Made by a program: the position numbers and the translations under genes. Positions 29,650 through 40,227 of a stretch of DNA of 64,000 nt are shown here, piece by piece; position 1 is the first letter of the stretch, and the number at the start of each line of letters is the position of its first letter. Source of the DNA: Candidatus Woykebacteria bacterium (GTDB lineage: Bacteria > Patescibacteriota > Microgenomatia > Woykebacterales > RBG-16-39-9b); assembly GCA_040876265.1 (NCBI GenBank), contig JBBDPN010000001.1, positions 310,208-374,207 of the forward strand, given 5' to 3'. Under the pieces are notes generated by a model. That model ran no database searches. It saw only the letters and a list, made by a program, of their open reading frames with translations, and had not been told where the DNA came from.

Positions 29650-30129
29650 TTAACGAGAATACCGAACCACAAGTTTTTCGAATCTAAAATCAACGAGAGA
29701 AACGTCCTTCCCTTCTATTTTAGCTTTGGCGAGAACATTTTGTAAAGCCCTGGCCTGATCCTGTAAGTTTTTGTCGGTCGATATTATTACCTTTACTTTT
29801 TCCTTTGTTTGGACAATAAAGAAATTTTCCCGGGATTCTTCTATATTGGTCACACTTAAAATTTTTTTATCTATTAAGTTTAAGATTTTTTTCTTTTGGC
29901 TAATCTGGTCTTCCCCACGGCGCGCCTCCTTCTTTAAACTCAATACGCCTTTTATTCTTGAGGAAAGATCTACCACCGAGAAATTATTAAATTTTAAAAA
30001 ACTGAAACCGGTCCCAACAACTACTAAGACAACCAGCAAAACTTCAAACGCCAAAACTATCCGCCGCTTTTTCGTATGCGTCTTGGAAACGATATTATCT
30101 TGATCTTGGGAAAATTGGTTATATTTCAT
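29650..30129 (-). CDS. ftsQ: FtsQ/DivIB-like cell division protein (short, POTRA-type)
   Basis: 159 aa with an N-terminal transmembrane segment. Sits between murG and ftsA, as in the canonical dcw order. Confidence 0.5.
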   Translation of the reverse strand: MKYNQFSQDQDNIVSKTHTKKRRIVLAFEVLLVVLVVVGTGFSFLKFNNFSVVDLSSRIKGVLSLKKEARRGEDQISQKKKILNLIDKKILSVTNIEESRENFFIVQTKEKVKVIISTDKNLQDQARALQNVLAKAKIEGKDVSLVDFRFEKLVVRYSR

Positions 30130-31231
30130 CCGATTTATTAACTAGCTTCACGGCTTCATCCACAAACTGTTCGGCGGCACTAGGGTTAATAAGTTTTTTT
30201 GCTTTTTTCGCCTCATTTTTATACCTGTCTAAGTGGGCCATCATAGAATTAATCGCCGAAAGCAATCTCTTGGGAGTGAGCCTTTCTTGATTTAGAACAA
30301 GTGCCATACCCACCCCTACCAACATCTGAGCGCTTTTCTCTTGCTCATTGGCTCCAGCCCACGGAAGAGGGATAAAGATAGCCGGAACCCCAACCGCCGC
30401 TACTTCACTAACCGTGTTCGCTCCTGATCTACCAACTACAATCGACGCTCTAGAGTATATTTGGGCAAGTTCTTCACTATTAACCCACTTGGATAAAGTG
30501 TATCTCCTTTGTAATTTTCTTGGCAGCTGTGAAACCCTTGCTGCCAGAATCTCGTAATCCCTATACTTCTCACTGCTCCCAGTTTGATGTATCACCTCGT
30601 ATTTTTTCACTAGTTCTTCGATTATCTCTAAAACAGCTTCGTTGATAGCGTGAGCCCCCTGGTTTCCTCCGGTAACGAACACTACCGGTATACTAGTTCT
30701 CTGTTTCCTCACGCTTAATACCTCTTTACGTATTGGATTACCAATAACAACGGTTTTTTCTTTCGGAAAATACTCTTGAGAGTCTGGCCAAGAAAGGGCA
30801 ATTCTTTTAGCTAGTCGGGAAATAATACGATTGGCCAGACCTCCTTTTAAAGTCTGTTCGTGGGTAATTGCCGGTATACCCAGAATCCATGCCGCGGCAA
30901 CTACAGGAAATGCAACATAGCTTCCAAATGAGATAACCAAATTTGGTCTTTCCTGGCTTAAAATTAAAAGTGCCGCGACCAACCCAACCGGTATTTTCAA
31001 TAAACTGGTAATTGTGTGTCGAGTAAATTTACGTTGAAACCTACCTGTAGGTACGGAATAGAATTTTACATTTATATTTGGAATTATCGTGGATTCAGCA
31101 CTGGGAGTGTTATCACCCTCCATCGTACTTGAGCGGCCAACGTAGAAGATATCTCTAATGCCTCTTTTTTTTAACTCACCGATTACTGCCAAAGCGGGTG
31201 TGAGGTGCCCACCGCAAATTGTTACTTTCAT
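30119..31231 (-). CDS. murG: Undecaprenyldiphospho-muramoylpentapeptide beta-N-acetylglucosaminyltransferase
   Basis: 370 aa. MKVTICGGHLTPALAV at the N-terminus. GT28 C-terminal domain. Confidence 0.85.
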   Translation of the reverse strand: MKVTICGGHLTPALAVIGELKKRGIRDIFYVGRSSTMEGDNTPSAESTIIPNINVKFYSVPTGRFQRKFTRHTITSLLKIPVGLVAALLILSQERPNLVISFGSYVAFPVVAAAWILGIPAITHEQTLKGGLANRIISRLAKRIALSWPDSQEYFPKEKTVVIGNPIRKEVLSVRKQRTSIPVVFVTGGNQGAHAINEAVLEIIEELVKKYEVIHQTGSSEKYRDYEILAARVSQLPRKLQRRYTLSKWVNSEELAQIYSRASIVVGRSGANTVSEVAAVGVPAIFIPLPWAGANEQEKSAQMLVGVGMALVLNQERLTPKRLLSAINSMMAHLDRYKNEAKKAKKLINPSAAEQFVDEAVKLVNKSDEI

Positions 31232-31292
31232 AGTGACCTTCGCTACAACAAAGAAAGATTATACTCAAACCTCTCATCTGGTTCAAATTAGA

Positions 31293-32393
31293 TTAAGGCT
31301 GTACCCGGGTTTTGGTATGCCTTGAAATGTTTAAAAGTATTGCCACAGCAAGTATTATGGACACCAAAGAGCTCCCCCCGTAGGAAACAAAGGGTAATGG
31401 TACACCAGTTAGCGGCAGAACCGCAGACAAACCCGCGATGTTTATTAACGATTGTAAGCCAATCCAGGTTGTTATACCAACCGCGACCAGGAAAGAGAAT
31501 TTATCTGGTGCCAATCGTGCAATTTTGAAACCCCGATAAATAATTAATAAGAAGGCCGCAATTAAAACTACCGAGCCAACAAAGCCAAGTTCATTTCCAA
31601 CAACCGCAAAAATTGAATCTGTAGTCACTTCAGGGATAAATCCATATTTTTGCCTCGACTCCCCTAGACCAACACCAAATAGGCCACCCGACCCAAGAGC
31701 AATCAATGCTTGGCTTATGTGATAAGTAATTCCTTTAGGATCTAGCTGGGGGTCAAAAAAAGCGAGAAACCGTGCCTTACGATAAGATGAGGTCAGGACC
31801 AAAGCCGCCGCGGTTGTAAAAATCACCGGAGCCAGTATTAAAAAATGTAATAGGACACCACCCGCAACAAAATAAAGAGCCAGCCCTATCGAAGTGATAA
31901 TTATTGTGGTGCCCATGTCCTTTTGAATGAGCACAATACCAGCTAGCAGGCCAGTAATCAGCAAAAACTGAGCCAACTTCACTTTTTTTGAAAGGAACGC
32001 CGATAGGTAAACTATATAAGCAAGTTTTGCAAACTCTGCAGGTTGTACTCCTACAAGACCAATCCTCAACCATCTTTGCGCGCCGTATATTTTCGCTCCG
32101 AGGCCAGGAATAAAAACGGCAAGAAGAAGAATGACTGCGAATATAATTATAAGCGGAGATACTTTTCGCCAGAAAGTGTAAGGAATTTTGAAAATTATAA
32201 ACCCTAAAATCAGTCCGACCAAAGCCCAAATTACTTGAAAGCGGATAAGATGTAAGGGATCACCGAAATCGCGCAGACTAGTCACTGGGGAGGCATTATA
32301 AACCATCAGCAACCCAAAGATTACTAAAGTAATAGTTGTACCCAGAAGGATGAGATCTGGTTTATGGACTTGGGTCTTGGCAGGTTTTACCAT
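31293..32393 (-). CDS. ftsW: SEDS-family lipid II flippase/peptidoglycan polymerase FtsW
   Basis: 366 aa, polytopic. SEDS motifs. Positioned between murD and murG. Confidence 0.8.
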   Translation of the reverse strand: MVKPAKTQVHKPDLILLGTTITLVIFGLLMVYNASPVTSLRDFGDPLHLIRFQVIWALVGLILGFIIFKIPYTFWRKVSPLIIIFAVILLLAVFIPGLGAKIYGAQRWLRIGLVGVQPAEFAKLAYIVYLSAFLSKKVKLAQFLLITGLLAGIVLIQKDMGTTIIITSIGLALYFVAGGVLLHFLILAPVIFTTAAALVLTSSYRKARFLAFFDPQLDPKGITYHISQALIALGSGGLFGVGLGESRQKYGFIPEVTTDSIFAVVGNELGFVGSVVLIAAFLLIIYRGFKIARLAPDKFSFLVAVGITTWIGLQSLINIAGLSAVLPLTGVPLPFVSYGGSSLVSIILAVAILLNISRHTKTRVQP

Positions 32394-32440
32394 AAGCAGA
32401 TTCTTTGATCTTTAATTATACTACGATTTTTTCTGTGTAA

Positions 32441-33811
32441 TCAATCTAAAAATGAGTTTACGGCTTCTTTAAACTTTTCTCCTCTAGCTTCATAATTCTC
32501 AAACATGTCAAAACTTGCGCTGGCCGGAGATAAAACAATCACATCTCCATTTGAGGCTAGATTTTTTGCTGACTCTACAATTTTCCTCATTGAAGTCAAA
32601 TTTTTAACCAACGAACCTTCAAAGTGTCCTGATTTTTTAATGGAATTTTCGATCCTCTTTGCTTCCTCACCAATCAAAATAACCCCCTTTATGTTACTTT
32701 CTACTATTTTCTTACCGAGATTAGAAAAATCCGCTTGTTTACTAGATCCGCCTAGAATTATAATCTTTGGTTCCTTGAAAGAATTAATTGCGGCAATTGC
32801 GGTTTCGGGTGTTGTAGAAGCAGAATCGTTGTAGTATTTGACACCGTTAATTTCGGCCACCAATTCCAATCGGTGAGGCAGTCCTTTGAAGGCACCAATG
32901 GCCTGAGCAGTTACTTTATGGGGAATTTTTAATATGGAAGCAGCCGCTATAGAAGCAGTAATATTCTGAATATTATGCTCGCCTGGTATTTTTATTTTTT
33001 CAGAGTCGATAATTTTGGTTGTGTAATCATCTGAACGAGCAAAAACACTATCTTCTTTGAAATAAGCACCCCGCTTAACTTCTGTATAGCTAGAGTAGTA
33101 GTATTTTTTTGCTTTAGAAATCTCTCCTATCTCTCTAGAAGCTGGGAAATCGTTATCGATGACCACGTAATCGGTTTCGGTTTGGTATTTGACAATTCTC
33201 TCTTTAGCTTGTCTGTACTCATAAACATCCTTGTGCCAATCTAGATGCTCAGTTGTTATCATCAAAATGACGGCGACATGCGGACTTTTCTCTAAATCAA
33301 TTAATTGAAAGCTGGAAAGCTCCAAAATTATCAGTGAGTCGCTAGTAACTTTTTGAATTAAATTCAGCGGTGGCTCGCCGATATTCCCTCCAAGAAGAAC
33401 TTTCTTACCCGCCGACTTCAAAATGTCAGAAATTAAAGTAACCGTGGTTCCTTTTCCCTTGGTCCCAGTCACTCCAATTATTGGTGCTGGGCACAAATCA
33501 AAAAAAAGTTTAGTTTGTGACGTAATAATCGCTCCACGCCGTTTAGCCTCAACTATCTGGGGGAGATCGGGCCTAACCCCAGGCGAGCGAAAGATGATAT
33601 CAAAGTCTGCAAGACCGTCAAGGTAATGCTTTCCAGTAACAACTACAGCGCCTAAATCGCTTGCCTTCTGAAGCTTCTGCTTACCAATTTGCCCTTCCTC
33701 TCTCCTGTCAAACAAGTACAACGTAGACCCTTTACCAGACAAAAAATGTAGCGTCGAAAAACCCTCTATACCAGCACCAACTACGGCTACCTTCTTTCCA
33801 GAAAAGTTCAT
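32441..33811 (-). CDS. murD: UDP-N-acetylmuramoylalanine--D-glutamate ligase
   Basis: 456 aa. Mur ligase P-loop GVTGTKGKGTT. Position next to mraY is consistent. Confidence 0.85.
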   Translation of the reverse strand: MNFSGKKVAVVGAGIEGFSTLHFLSGKGSTLYLFDRREEGQIGKQKLQKASDLGAVVVTGKHYLDGLADFDIIFRSPGVRPDLPQIVEAKRRGAIITSQTKLFFDLCPAPIIGVTGTKGKGTTVTLISDILKSAGKKVLLGGNIGEPPLNLIQKVTSDSLIILELSSFQLIDLEKSPHVAVILMITTEHLDWHKDVYEYRQAKERIVKYQTETDYVVIDNDFPASREIGEISKAKKYYYSSYTEVKRGAYFKEDSVFARSDDYTTKIIDSEKIKIPGEHNIQNITASIAAASILKIPHKVTAQAIGAFKGLPHRLELVAEINGVKYYNDSASTTPETAIAAINSFKEPKIIILGGSSKQADFSNLGKKIVESNIKGVILIGEEAKRIENSIKKSGHFEGSLVKNLTSMRKIVESAKNLASNGDVIVLSPASASFDMFENYEARGEKFKEAVNSFLD

Positions 33812-33820
33812 AGGGAAGTT

Positions 33821-34828
33821 TTATAACAAGGCCACGAAAAGACCAACAAAGACTGCTATTGCTCCTGCGAGCCAAAACCTCATCGTTACTTTCGTCTCAT
33901 CCCAGCCCTTAGCTTCAAAATGGTGATGAATTGGGGCCGCAATTAAGATTTTTTTGTGTAAAACCCCCTTTGTAAACATCTGTAAAAGAGAGCTTGCGGC
34001 CTCCAAAACAAATACCGAACCAATAAATGGTAAAACCAACGACGCGTCTACCATTAAGGCGACCACAGCCAGTAGTGCACCAATAGACAGTGCTCCTGTA
34101 TCTCCAAGCCAAACACGCGCGGGATAAATATTAAAGTAAAGAAACGCCAAAAGTGATCCGGTAATGACAGAAATAAAAAGGGCAACATCGCCTAGATTAG
34201 TAGTCGCCGCAAGTACCCAAAATGCCGCTAGGGCAAAAAGTGAGAGTCCAGTTGCCAGACCATCCAGACCGTCAGTAATATTAACCGCATTTGTGGTGGC
34301 AAAAACAACAATAGCTGCCCAGAGAATATACCACGATCCCAGTTCTACTTCAAAGTTGAGGATTGGGACGTGAACCGCAGAAAGGCTCATTTTTGTGAAC
34401 AATAGGTAGCCAATAAAAAATGATAAAACTAGTTGAAGAAAAATTTTGTAACGAAGCCGTAAACCCCATGCCCCGCTTTGTCCGTAGCCATAGAATTTCC
34501 TAATATCATCATAAAGGCCGAGGGCCCCAAACCCAAGCAGAGCGATGTATAGAATAAACGCCGTCCAATTAAGGCTAAATTGTGTAGTTTTGTAAAATAT
34601 TGCGGAAAAGATTATTGAAACGGCAATTACTAAAATCCCTCCCGCATTTGGGGTCCCCACTTTCCACCCATGTATTCTGTTAACTATTGAGGTGAACACC
34701 CCAAAAATGTCTTTTTGAGCCTCTCTTTGACGTTGAAATTTTAATTTGTATAAAGCATCTATAAAAGGAACAGCTGCCACTAGCGTAGCCAAAAATGAAA
34801 CAAGTAATATACCAAGTAGCTTCACCAT
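33821..34828 (-). CDS. mraY: Phospho-N-acetylmuramoyl-pentapeptide transferase
   Basis: 335 aa, polytopic. Conserved NAVNITDGLDGLA and HHHFE motifs. Confidence 0.9.
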   Translation of the reverse strand: MVKLLGILLVSFLATLVAAVPFIDALYKLKFQRQREAQKDIFGVFTSIVNRIHGWKVGTPNAGGILVIAVSIIFSAIFYKTTQFSLNWTAFILYIALLGFGALGLYDDIRKFYGYGQSGAWGLRLRYKIFLQLVLSFFIGYLLFTKMSLSAVHVPILNFEVELGSWYILWAAIVVFATTNAVNITDGLDGLATGLSLFALAAFWVLAATTNLGDVALFISVITGSLLAFLYFNIYPARVWLGDTGALSIGALLAVVALMVDASLVLPFIGSVFVLEAASSLLQMFTKGVLHKKILIAAPIHHHFEAKGWDETKVTMRFWLAGAIAVFVGLFVALL

Positions 34829-34870
34829 ACGCAGCTAATAATTCTATCATCTACCCAGGCAACAGGCAAC

Positions 34871-36061
34871 CTATCGGTAGATTTCGTAGCGCTTTGAAGC
34901 AATCTCATCGGGGTCAACGTCTTTACCCTCAAGGATAAGTGGAATACGCTCAAGGTGCTTTAGTAAGGAACCTTTGAGATACCAAAGGTCTCCTTTCTGT
35001 AGAATTCCTGAAAGGACACCTGCTGCTTCAAAAACATCCCTCGTCAAAATGACCTGATCTTTACGCATACCTTTTTTCGCTTCCTCCGCAATATATTTAG
35101 TCGCTGATCCAACACACACTAAGTAATCAGGTTTTGTTTGGGCTGCTTTTTTGCCCACGTTCCGGTGTCCCTCTACCTCGTACTTACCTAGTTCTCCCAT
35201 TTCACCAAGCACTGCTATTTTCCTTTTAGCAGGGAGGTCAGCCAACGTTTGAAGCCCAGCTACAGCGGAGGCCGGGTTGGAACGACGTGAATCATTTAAC
35301 AAAACCGTCTCCCTTGGACCAGGCACAATATTCCCTCTACCCTCAAGTGGCTCAAGCTTACTAAGACCAGCTTTTATTTCCCTCCACCTCATACCGGAAA
35401 TTACACCAACTACAGCTGCGGCCATCGCAGTATAAACATGATGCGCTCCCACCAAGGATAAATTGACAGAGTGACTTGTATTTCTAAAGTGGAATTTAAA
35501 GCTGGTACCTTTGAAGTTTGTCTTGATATGAGACGCCCAAAACTCACAATGATACCTATTTCTACCGAAAAAAATAGTTCTTTTTTTAGCCCTCTCGCCC
35601 ATTCGTCTCGCTAGTTGGTCGTCCCAATTCGCCACCACCCAACCATCATTTGGGACAGACAGCGCTAATTTGCTTTTTTCCTTAACTATATTTTCCAGAG
35701 AACCTAAATGTGAAGAATCAGCATGAACCGGAGTTATCCCCGTTATGACCGCCACTTTTGGTTTTGCTACGGAAAGATGATAGTCCATCTCTCCTATCCT
35801 ATCTATGCCGTACTCAAGCACAAGTTTTTGATGGTCAGAAAGTTTTAATATAGTGATCGGAATATTGTACCTAGTATCAAGATTTGTATCGGTTTTTAGA
35901 ACTTTGAATTTCTCCGACAACACTGTAGCTATAGCCTCAGTTGTGTTCGTTTTCCCGTAACTACCAGTTATACCAATTATTTCTACTTCCTTGTGAAGAA
36001 AGAGCCACAACTTTGCTATTAGTCTCCTCAAACTATGATAAATGGATTTTATCTGAGTCAT
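34871..36061 (-). CDS. murF: Mur ligase family protein, MurF-like (UDP-MurNAc-tripeptide--D-Ala-D-Ala ligase), lacking the N-terminal domain
   Basis: 396 aa. P-loop GITGSYGKTNTTEAIATVL. Central and C-terminal Mur ligase domains. Lies upstream of mraY, as murF does in dcw clusters. Confidence 0.65.
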   Translation of the reverse strand: MTQIKSIYHSLRRLIAKLWLFLHKEVEIIGITGSYGKTNTTEAIATVLSEKFKVLKTDTNLDTRYNIPITILKLSDHQKLVLEYGIDRIGEMDYHLSVAKPKVAVITGITPVHADSSHLGSLENIVKEKSKLALSVPNDGWVVANWDDQLARRMGERAKKRTIFFGRNRYHCEFWASHIKTNFKGTSFKFHFRNTSHSVNLSLVGAHHVYTAMAAAVVGVISGMRWREIKAGLSKLEPLEGRGNIVPGPRETVLLNDSRRSNPASAVAGLQTLADLPAKRKIAVLGEMGELGKYEVEGHRNVGKKAAQTKPDYLVCVGSATKYIAEEAKKGMRKDQVILTRDVFEAAGVLSGILQKGDLWYLKGSLLKHLERIPLILEGKDVDPDEIASKRYEIYR

Positions 36062-36851
36062 TAGTAATTCCCACTCTTTGGCAGTTTTTGATTTCTGATT
36101 TTATTAAAAACCCAGCTATTTTTGCAAAGGCCTTTTCATCTCCGCTAGTAAAAAATATACTTTCTCTTCCGAAACCAGCAATTTTGTTGTTCTCTATTAT
36201 CCTTTTTACTTGCCTCGCCACAGCTTCTCCAGAATCCAAAACTCGCCATGAAGAATTCTGCGTAAATTTTCTTAAGAAAACAAAGTGAGTACAACCTAGT
36301 ACTAAAACATCTACATCCTTCAAATTCCCCTTTTGTAGGTGGTTTTCTAATGCTTTTCCAGCGACCTCCAAATCTCCATTTTCCAATTTTACAACCAGAT
36401 CATCACAGGCTACGCTAACAACCTTACAATTTGCAGCAAATTTATTTATAAGATTAGTTTGATAACTACTTCTGGCAGTGGTGGTAGTTTCCAAAATGGC
36501 TATTTTGTTCGATTTCGTCATTTTTCCGGCAGTTTTCAACACGGGTACTACACCCACAATAGGAACAGATGGGAAGTTTTGTCGGTAGTAATCTATACCA
36601 GTCACGGTAGCAGTATTACACGCTACAACAATTAATTTCGCTTCTTGACCAATCAAAAAATTTATTATTTTTTCGACTCTTTCTTTGATAAAACTTGGAT
36701 CTTTTTTACCGTAGGGAGCGAATTTACTATCCCCAAAATATAAAATTGGCTCGGTAGGCATCTGGCTTCTAACAGCTAAAAAAATACTTAATCCGCCGAA
36801 CCCAGAATCCAAGATGCCGATTGGACGATTATCTGTACCCATAGATTTCAA
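36033..36851 (-). CDS. murI: Glutamate racemase
   Basis: 272 aa. GILDSGFGGLS and VACNTAT motifs. Confidence 0.85.
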   Translation of the reverse strand: MKSMGTDNRPIGILDSGFGGLSIFLAVRSQMPTEPILYFGDSKFAPYGKKDPSFIKERVEKIINFLIGQEAKLIVVACNTATVTGIDYYRQNFPSVPIVGVVPVLKTAGKMTKSNKIAILETTTTARSSYQTNLINKFAANCKVVSVACDDLVVKLENGDLEVAGKALENHLQKGNLKDVDVLVLGCTHFVFLRKFTQNSSWRVLDSGEAVARQVKRIIENNKIAGFGRESIFFTSGDEKAFAKIAGFLIKSEIKNCQRVGITNDSDKIHLS

Positions 36852-37855
36852 TTCAAACCTCTGTAGAGTGCTCTTAATTTTTCACCCCAGTAAGTAACCG
36901 GGTAAAAAACGCTCAGAGGTAAATCCTGAGGCTGCTCGTACTCCAACCTGAAACCCCCGAAACCCTGTTTGAAATACGTCAGACCTCTCCAAGGATGATT
37001 GGGGGAATCGCTCGGAGCTATACCCCAGAAGTTATAATATTTTTTCCCTAGATTTTTAGCAATCTTTATTGCTTCCCACTGGAGCAGGTAACTTGCCGGG
37101 ATTTTCGTTTTTATTGAAGCGCCGTGGTGATAGAAACCACTATCTCCATAGTAAACCACAATCGCAGCTGCTAAAGGCTTTCTCTTGTGTTCGGCAACCA
37201 AAATTTTTACCCGATCTTCTTTATCAAAGGCTAAAAACTCTTTTTCTAAATAATTATCTGGAAAGGGTACAAATCGATGACGTTCAACCGTGGTCCTTTG
37301 TAAATCTTCTAAAATATTGAGTCCGTATTTATTATTTTTCTCCACCACTCTCACATCCTTACGTATTGCATCCTTAATCAAGTACCTTGTACTCTTCCTC
37401 ATACGACCCAATAAATCTTCCTCTGATTTGCTTATATCCAATAGCCAACTTACTTGAGCGTGAACATGAGTAGGTGAAGGTCTGAAACCAAGTCTCCGTA
37501 AAACCTCTCCAAATTTTCCACTCTCAACAACGGGCCTTACTCTCAAAAAACTAACTCTTTCGGACCTTGCAAGCTCTTTTAAGTTCTTGGTCAAAAACTC
37601 AAATTTTTTTTTGTCGAAATCTTCTACCAAAGGGCCTGAAGGACAAAGTAAAAAGCTACCTCTTTTAGCCTTAATTTTTATCGCTATAGCGGCTCCAACT
37701 AATCTTTTTTCCTCCCAGAGACCCAACCGGAAAATTTTATCACCCAAAAACTCGTGGAAATCTCCCCAGTACCAAGAGGCTAGGAAATTGTTGGGGTAAA
37801 ACCCAAGAACGAACTTTTCCCAGGATTTCTCATCTGTGACTGGTTTTATCTCCAT
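36848..37855 (-). CDS. FemAB-family peptidyl/aminoacyl transferase (peptidoglycan cross-bridge formation-like)
   Basis: 335 aa. A tandem GNAT-like fold typical of FemABX. Overlaps the murI start by 4 nt. Confidence 0.5.
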   Translation of the reverse strand: MEIKPVTDEKSWEKFVLGFYPNNFLASWYWGDFHEFLGDKIFRLGLWEEKRLVGAAIAIKIKAKRGSFLLCPSGPLVEDFDKKKFEFLTKNLKELARSERVSFLRVRPVVESGKFGEVLRRLGFRPSPTHVHAQVSWLLDISKSEEDLLGRMRKSTRYLIKDAIRKDVRVVEKNNKYGLNILEDLQRTTVERHRFVPFPDNYLEKEFLAFDKEDRVKILVAEHKRKPLAAAIVVYYGDSGFYHHGASIKTKIPASYLLQWEAIKIAKNLGKKYYNFWGIAPSDSPNHPWRGLTYFKQGFGGFRLEYEQPQDLPLSVFYPVTYWGEKLRALYRGLN

Positions 37856-37857
37856 TA

Positions 37858-38802
37858 CTACACCTGTATTATTTTTATATTGCGACTAACCAACACGCCA
37901 CTACCCGGTTGGGCGTCTACTTGGGGTAACTGGAGGAGGGGGAATTTTTTGCCGTTCATTGAAATAGCCGAGCCGATCGAAACAACAATGCGGTCATTAC
38001 CTACCCTTCCAAACCCTCCTGGTTTGAAATCCCTACCGCTTAACCTCAAGTTTTCTACCGAAGGATCTACTGGCACCCAGTTTCCATCGGGTACCATGAA
38101 TTCAAGCCAGGCGTGGTAATGCTCACCCTCGTAACCAGCCAAAAACCCTGAAATTAATCTGGCGGGGACGCCCACCACCCGGTAGAGAGCCCCAAGTAAG
38201 CTATCAAATCCTCCACAGTCCACTTGCTTCTTCTCCATGGCCTCTATTGAGTTGTAAAGACCTTCAATTGGACTTCCGTAATGAAAATGGTCTCTAACAT
38301 AAGAATAAAGACTTTCGGTTATCCCAGCCAACTCTTTTTCCTTACCAATAATTTTTTCGGCTAAATCTTTTACTCTTGAACCACCAAAGTTGAAATAAGG
38401 GTCTTCTTTTGTATAAAGCTGGTAGATTGGATCCTTTTTATCAAAGTCCTCCAAACTACCTGTTACCTTGGCTTCTCTTGGTTCTACTAGCACTGTGGAT
38501 TTTTGATTAAATAATAATTCCCCTCCATTTACCGAACTTTCCGTTTTCCAGTGGGCTACGAAGTTACCAAAAAATTCATCCTTCAAAATTTCTTGCTCTG
38601 AAGGGTAAATGCGACTTCCATCAACTTTTTGATACGAAGTATTACGAGGCAGAGGCTGCCAAACTTCTATATATTTTAGGTTTTTAGTAGGTACAACTTT
38701 GAGGTCAATTTCTATTTGGTACTTTTTCCTCCCCGCAAAAGCATTTCTTTCCGCGATTTTTATTTTGTGCTCATTGATTATTTTCTTACCAACACCAAGC
38801 AT
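37858..38802 (-). CDS. Transglutaminase-like (Cys-His-Asp) domain protein
   Basis: 314 aa. DCGGFDSLLGALYRVVGVPARLISGF ... HAWLEF ... D matches the transglutaminase-like core. Confidence 0.6.
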   Translation of the reverse strand: MLGVGKKIINEHKIKIAERNAFAGRKKYQIEIDLKVVPTKNLKYIEVWQPLPRNTSYQKVDGSRIYPSEQEILKDEFFGNFVAHWKTESSVNGGELLFNQKSTVLVEPREAKVTGSLEDFDKKDPIYQLYTKEDPYFNFGGSRVKDLAEKIIGKEKELAGITESLYSYVRDHFHYGSPIEGLYNSIEAMEKKQVDCGGFDSLLGALYRVVGVPARLISGFLAGYEGEHYHAWLEFMVPDGNWVPVDPSVENLRLSGRDFKPGGFGRVGNDRIVVSIGSAISMNGKKFPLLQLPQVDAQPGSGVLVSRNIKIIQV

Positions 38803-38816
38803 AATGATTAAAAAAC

Positions 38817-40133
38817 CTAACCCTGCCTAGTTATCCTCGCACCCAGTTGCTCTAATCGACCTTCAAGATTTTCGTAACCCCTCTCGATATGCTCAATACC
38901 TATTATCTCGCTTTTGCCTTGCGCCATAAGAGCCGCGAGCACAAGCGTTGCTCCGGAGCGGATGTCAGTTACCTCTAGCTTTTTTCCTTGCAGCAACGTA
39001 TGTCCAGAAATTCTTACAGCGTGGGGCTGTTTTGATTCTCTATCGTTCGATCCAAAATTGTAAAATTCTTCTGGGTTTTTTATCTGTGGTGCGAAAAGCT
39101 CTATCTTTGCACCCATTTTTTTTAAATTCTCCACATAGCCAAACCTGTTCTCAAAAATAGTCTCGTGAACGATTGATTCACCGTTTGCTTGTGTCATCAA
39201 GGCCGCCCAGAGGCTCTGCCAATCGGTCATGAAACCAGGATGCGGCGCGGTTGCAACATTTGTCGAATCTAATTTACCAGAATGGACGATCTTAATTTTG
39301 TTTTGGCTTGTTTCAACACTCCCACCAGTTTCTTTCACTTTATCCAAAAAGGTTTGAACATCGATCGGATTTGCATTTTCAATTTCTATTTCCCCACCGG
39401 TCCCAAGCGCCATACAACCAAAAGTTACTACTTCATTCCTATCTGGCATCACTTTGTGGACGGCGCCTTTCAACGAGCTGACACCTTCTATCTCGATCGT
39501 CCTCTCCGCACTTCTTTTTATCTTCGCACCCATTTGGTTCAGAAAGGTAGTTAGGTCATCCACCTCCGGTTCAGCGGCCGCGTTTTCGATTCTAGTTTCA
39601 CCATCAGCCAGAACCGCCGCGAGAATCAACCCTTCAGTTCCGGTATGAGAATTTTTGGGAAAGCTGTATTCTGTTCCCTTTAAACCATTTGGCGACGAGG
39701 CCCGAATAATATCCCCTTCAATATCTATTTCCACTCCCATAGACCTGAGTCCATCCAAAAACCAGTTTATCGGCCGCTGCCCTATCTGGTCGCCGGCCGG
39801 CAGGGAAACTGTTCCGCGTTTGAAGCGGTGAAGGAGGACGGGAAGATACATAAAGGACGCCCGAGATTTTATCCCTAGCTCTTCTGGCACTTTGTCCGTA
39901 GAAACTCCCCCGCTTATTTCCATCGTGTCATCGGAAAATTCTACCTTGGCTCCCAGAGCCTCAATTATTTTTTTCACGGCAACGACATCGCGGATGTAGG
40001 GAATGTTGGTGATGGTAGAGCGATCATCGGTGAGTAGAGAGGCAATCATTTGCTTAAACCCGGCGTTTTTGGCTCCAGGAATACGGACACTGCCGCGAAG
40101 CGGCACACCACCCTCGATGACATATTTAGCCAT
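38817..40133 (-). CDS. murA: UDP-N-acetylglucosamine 1-carboxyvinyltransferase
   Basis: 438 aa. MAKYVIEGGVPLRGSVRIPGAKNA N-terminus and EPSP-synthase fold motifs. Confidence 0.9.
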   Translation of the reverse strand: MAKYVIEGGVPLRGSVRIPGAKNAGFKQMIASLLTDDRSTITNIPYIRDVVAVKKIIEALGAKVEFSDDTMEISGGVSTDKVPEELGIKSRASFMYLPVLLHRFKRGTVSLPAGDQIGQRPINWFLDGLRSMGVEIDIEGDIIRASSPNGLKGTEYSFPKNSHTGTEGLILAAVLADGETRIENAAAEPEVDDLTTFLNQMGAKIKRSAERTIEIEGVSSLKGAVHKVMPDRNEVVTFGCMALGTGGEIEIENANPIDVQTFLDKVKETGGSVETSQNKIKIVHSGKLDSTNVATAPHPGFMTDWQSLWAALMTQANGESIVHETIFENRFGYVENLKKMGAKIELFAPQIKNPEEFYNFGSNDRESKQPHAVRISGHTLLQGKKLEVTDIRSGATLVLAALMAQGKSEIIGIEHIERGYENLEGRLEQLGARITRQG

Positions 40134-40227
40134 TAGACCACCAATTTTAAGCTAGCGGTAGTGAGATTGCAACAATCTCAAGTTGTAAGATTTACGATGT
40201 AAGATGTAAGACTTACGATTAAAAAGT

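Noticed and set aside
40140-40227. Direct repeats GTAAGAnTTACGAT / GTAAGAT and hairpin GAGATTG-caa-CAATCTC between the 235-aa gene and murA.
   Set aside because: Short, AT-rich, and without a T-tract or clear promoter spacing. It cannot be distinguished from chance low-complexity repeats without comparative data.
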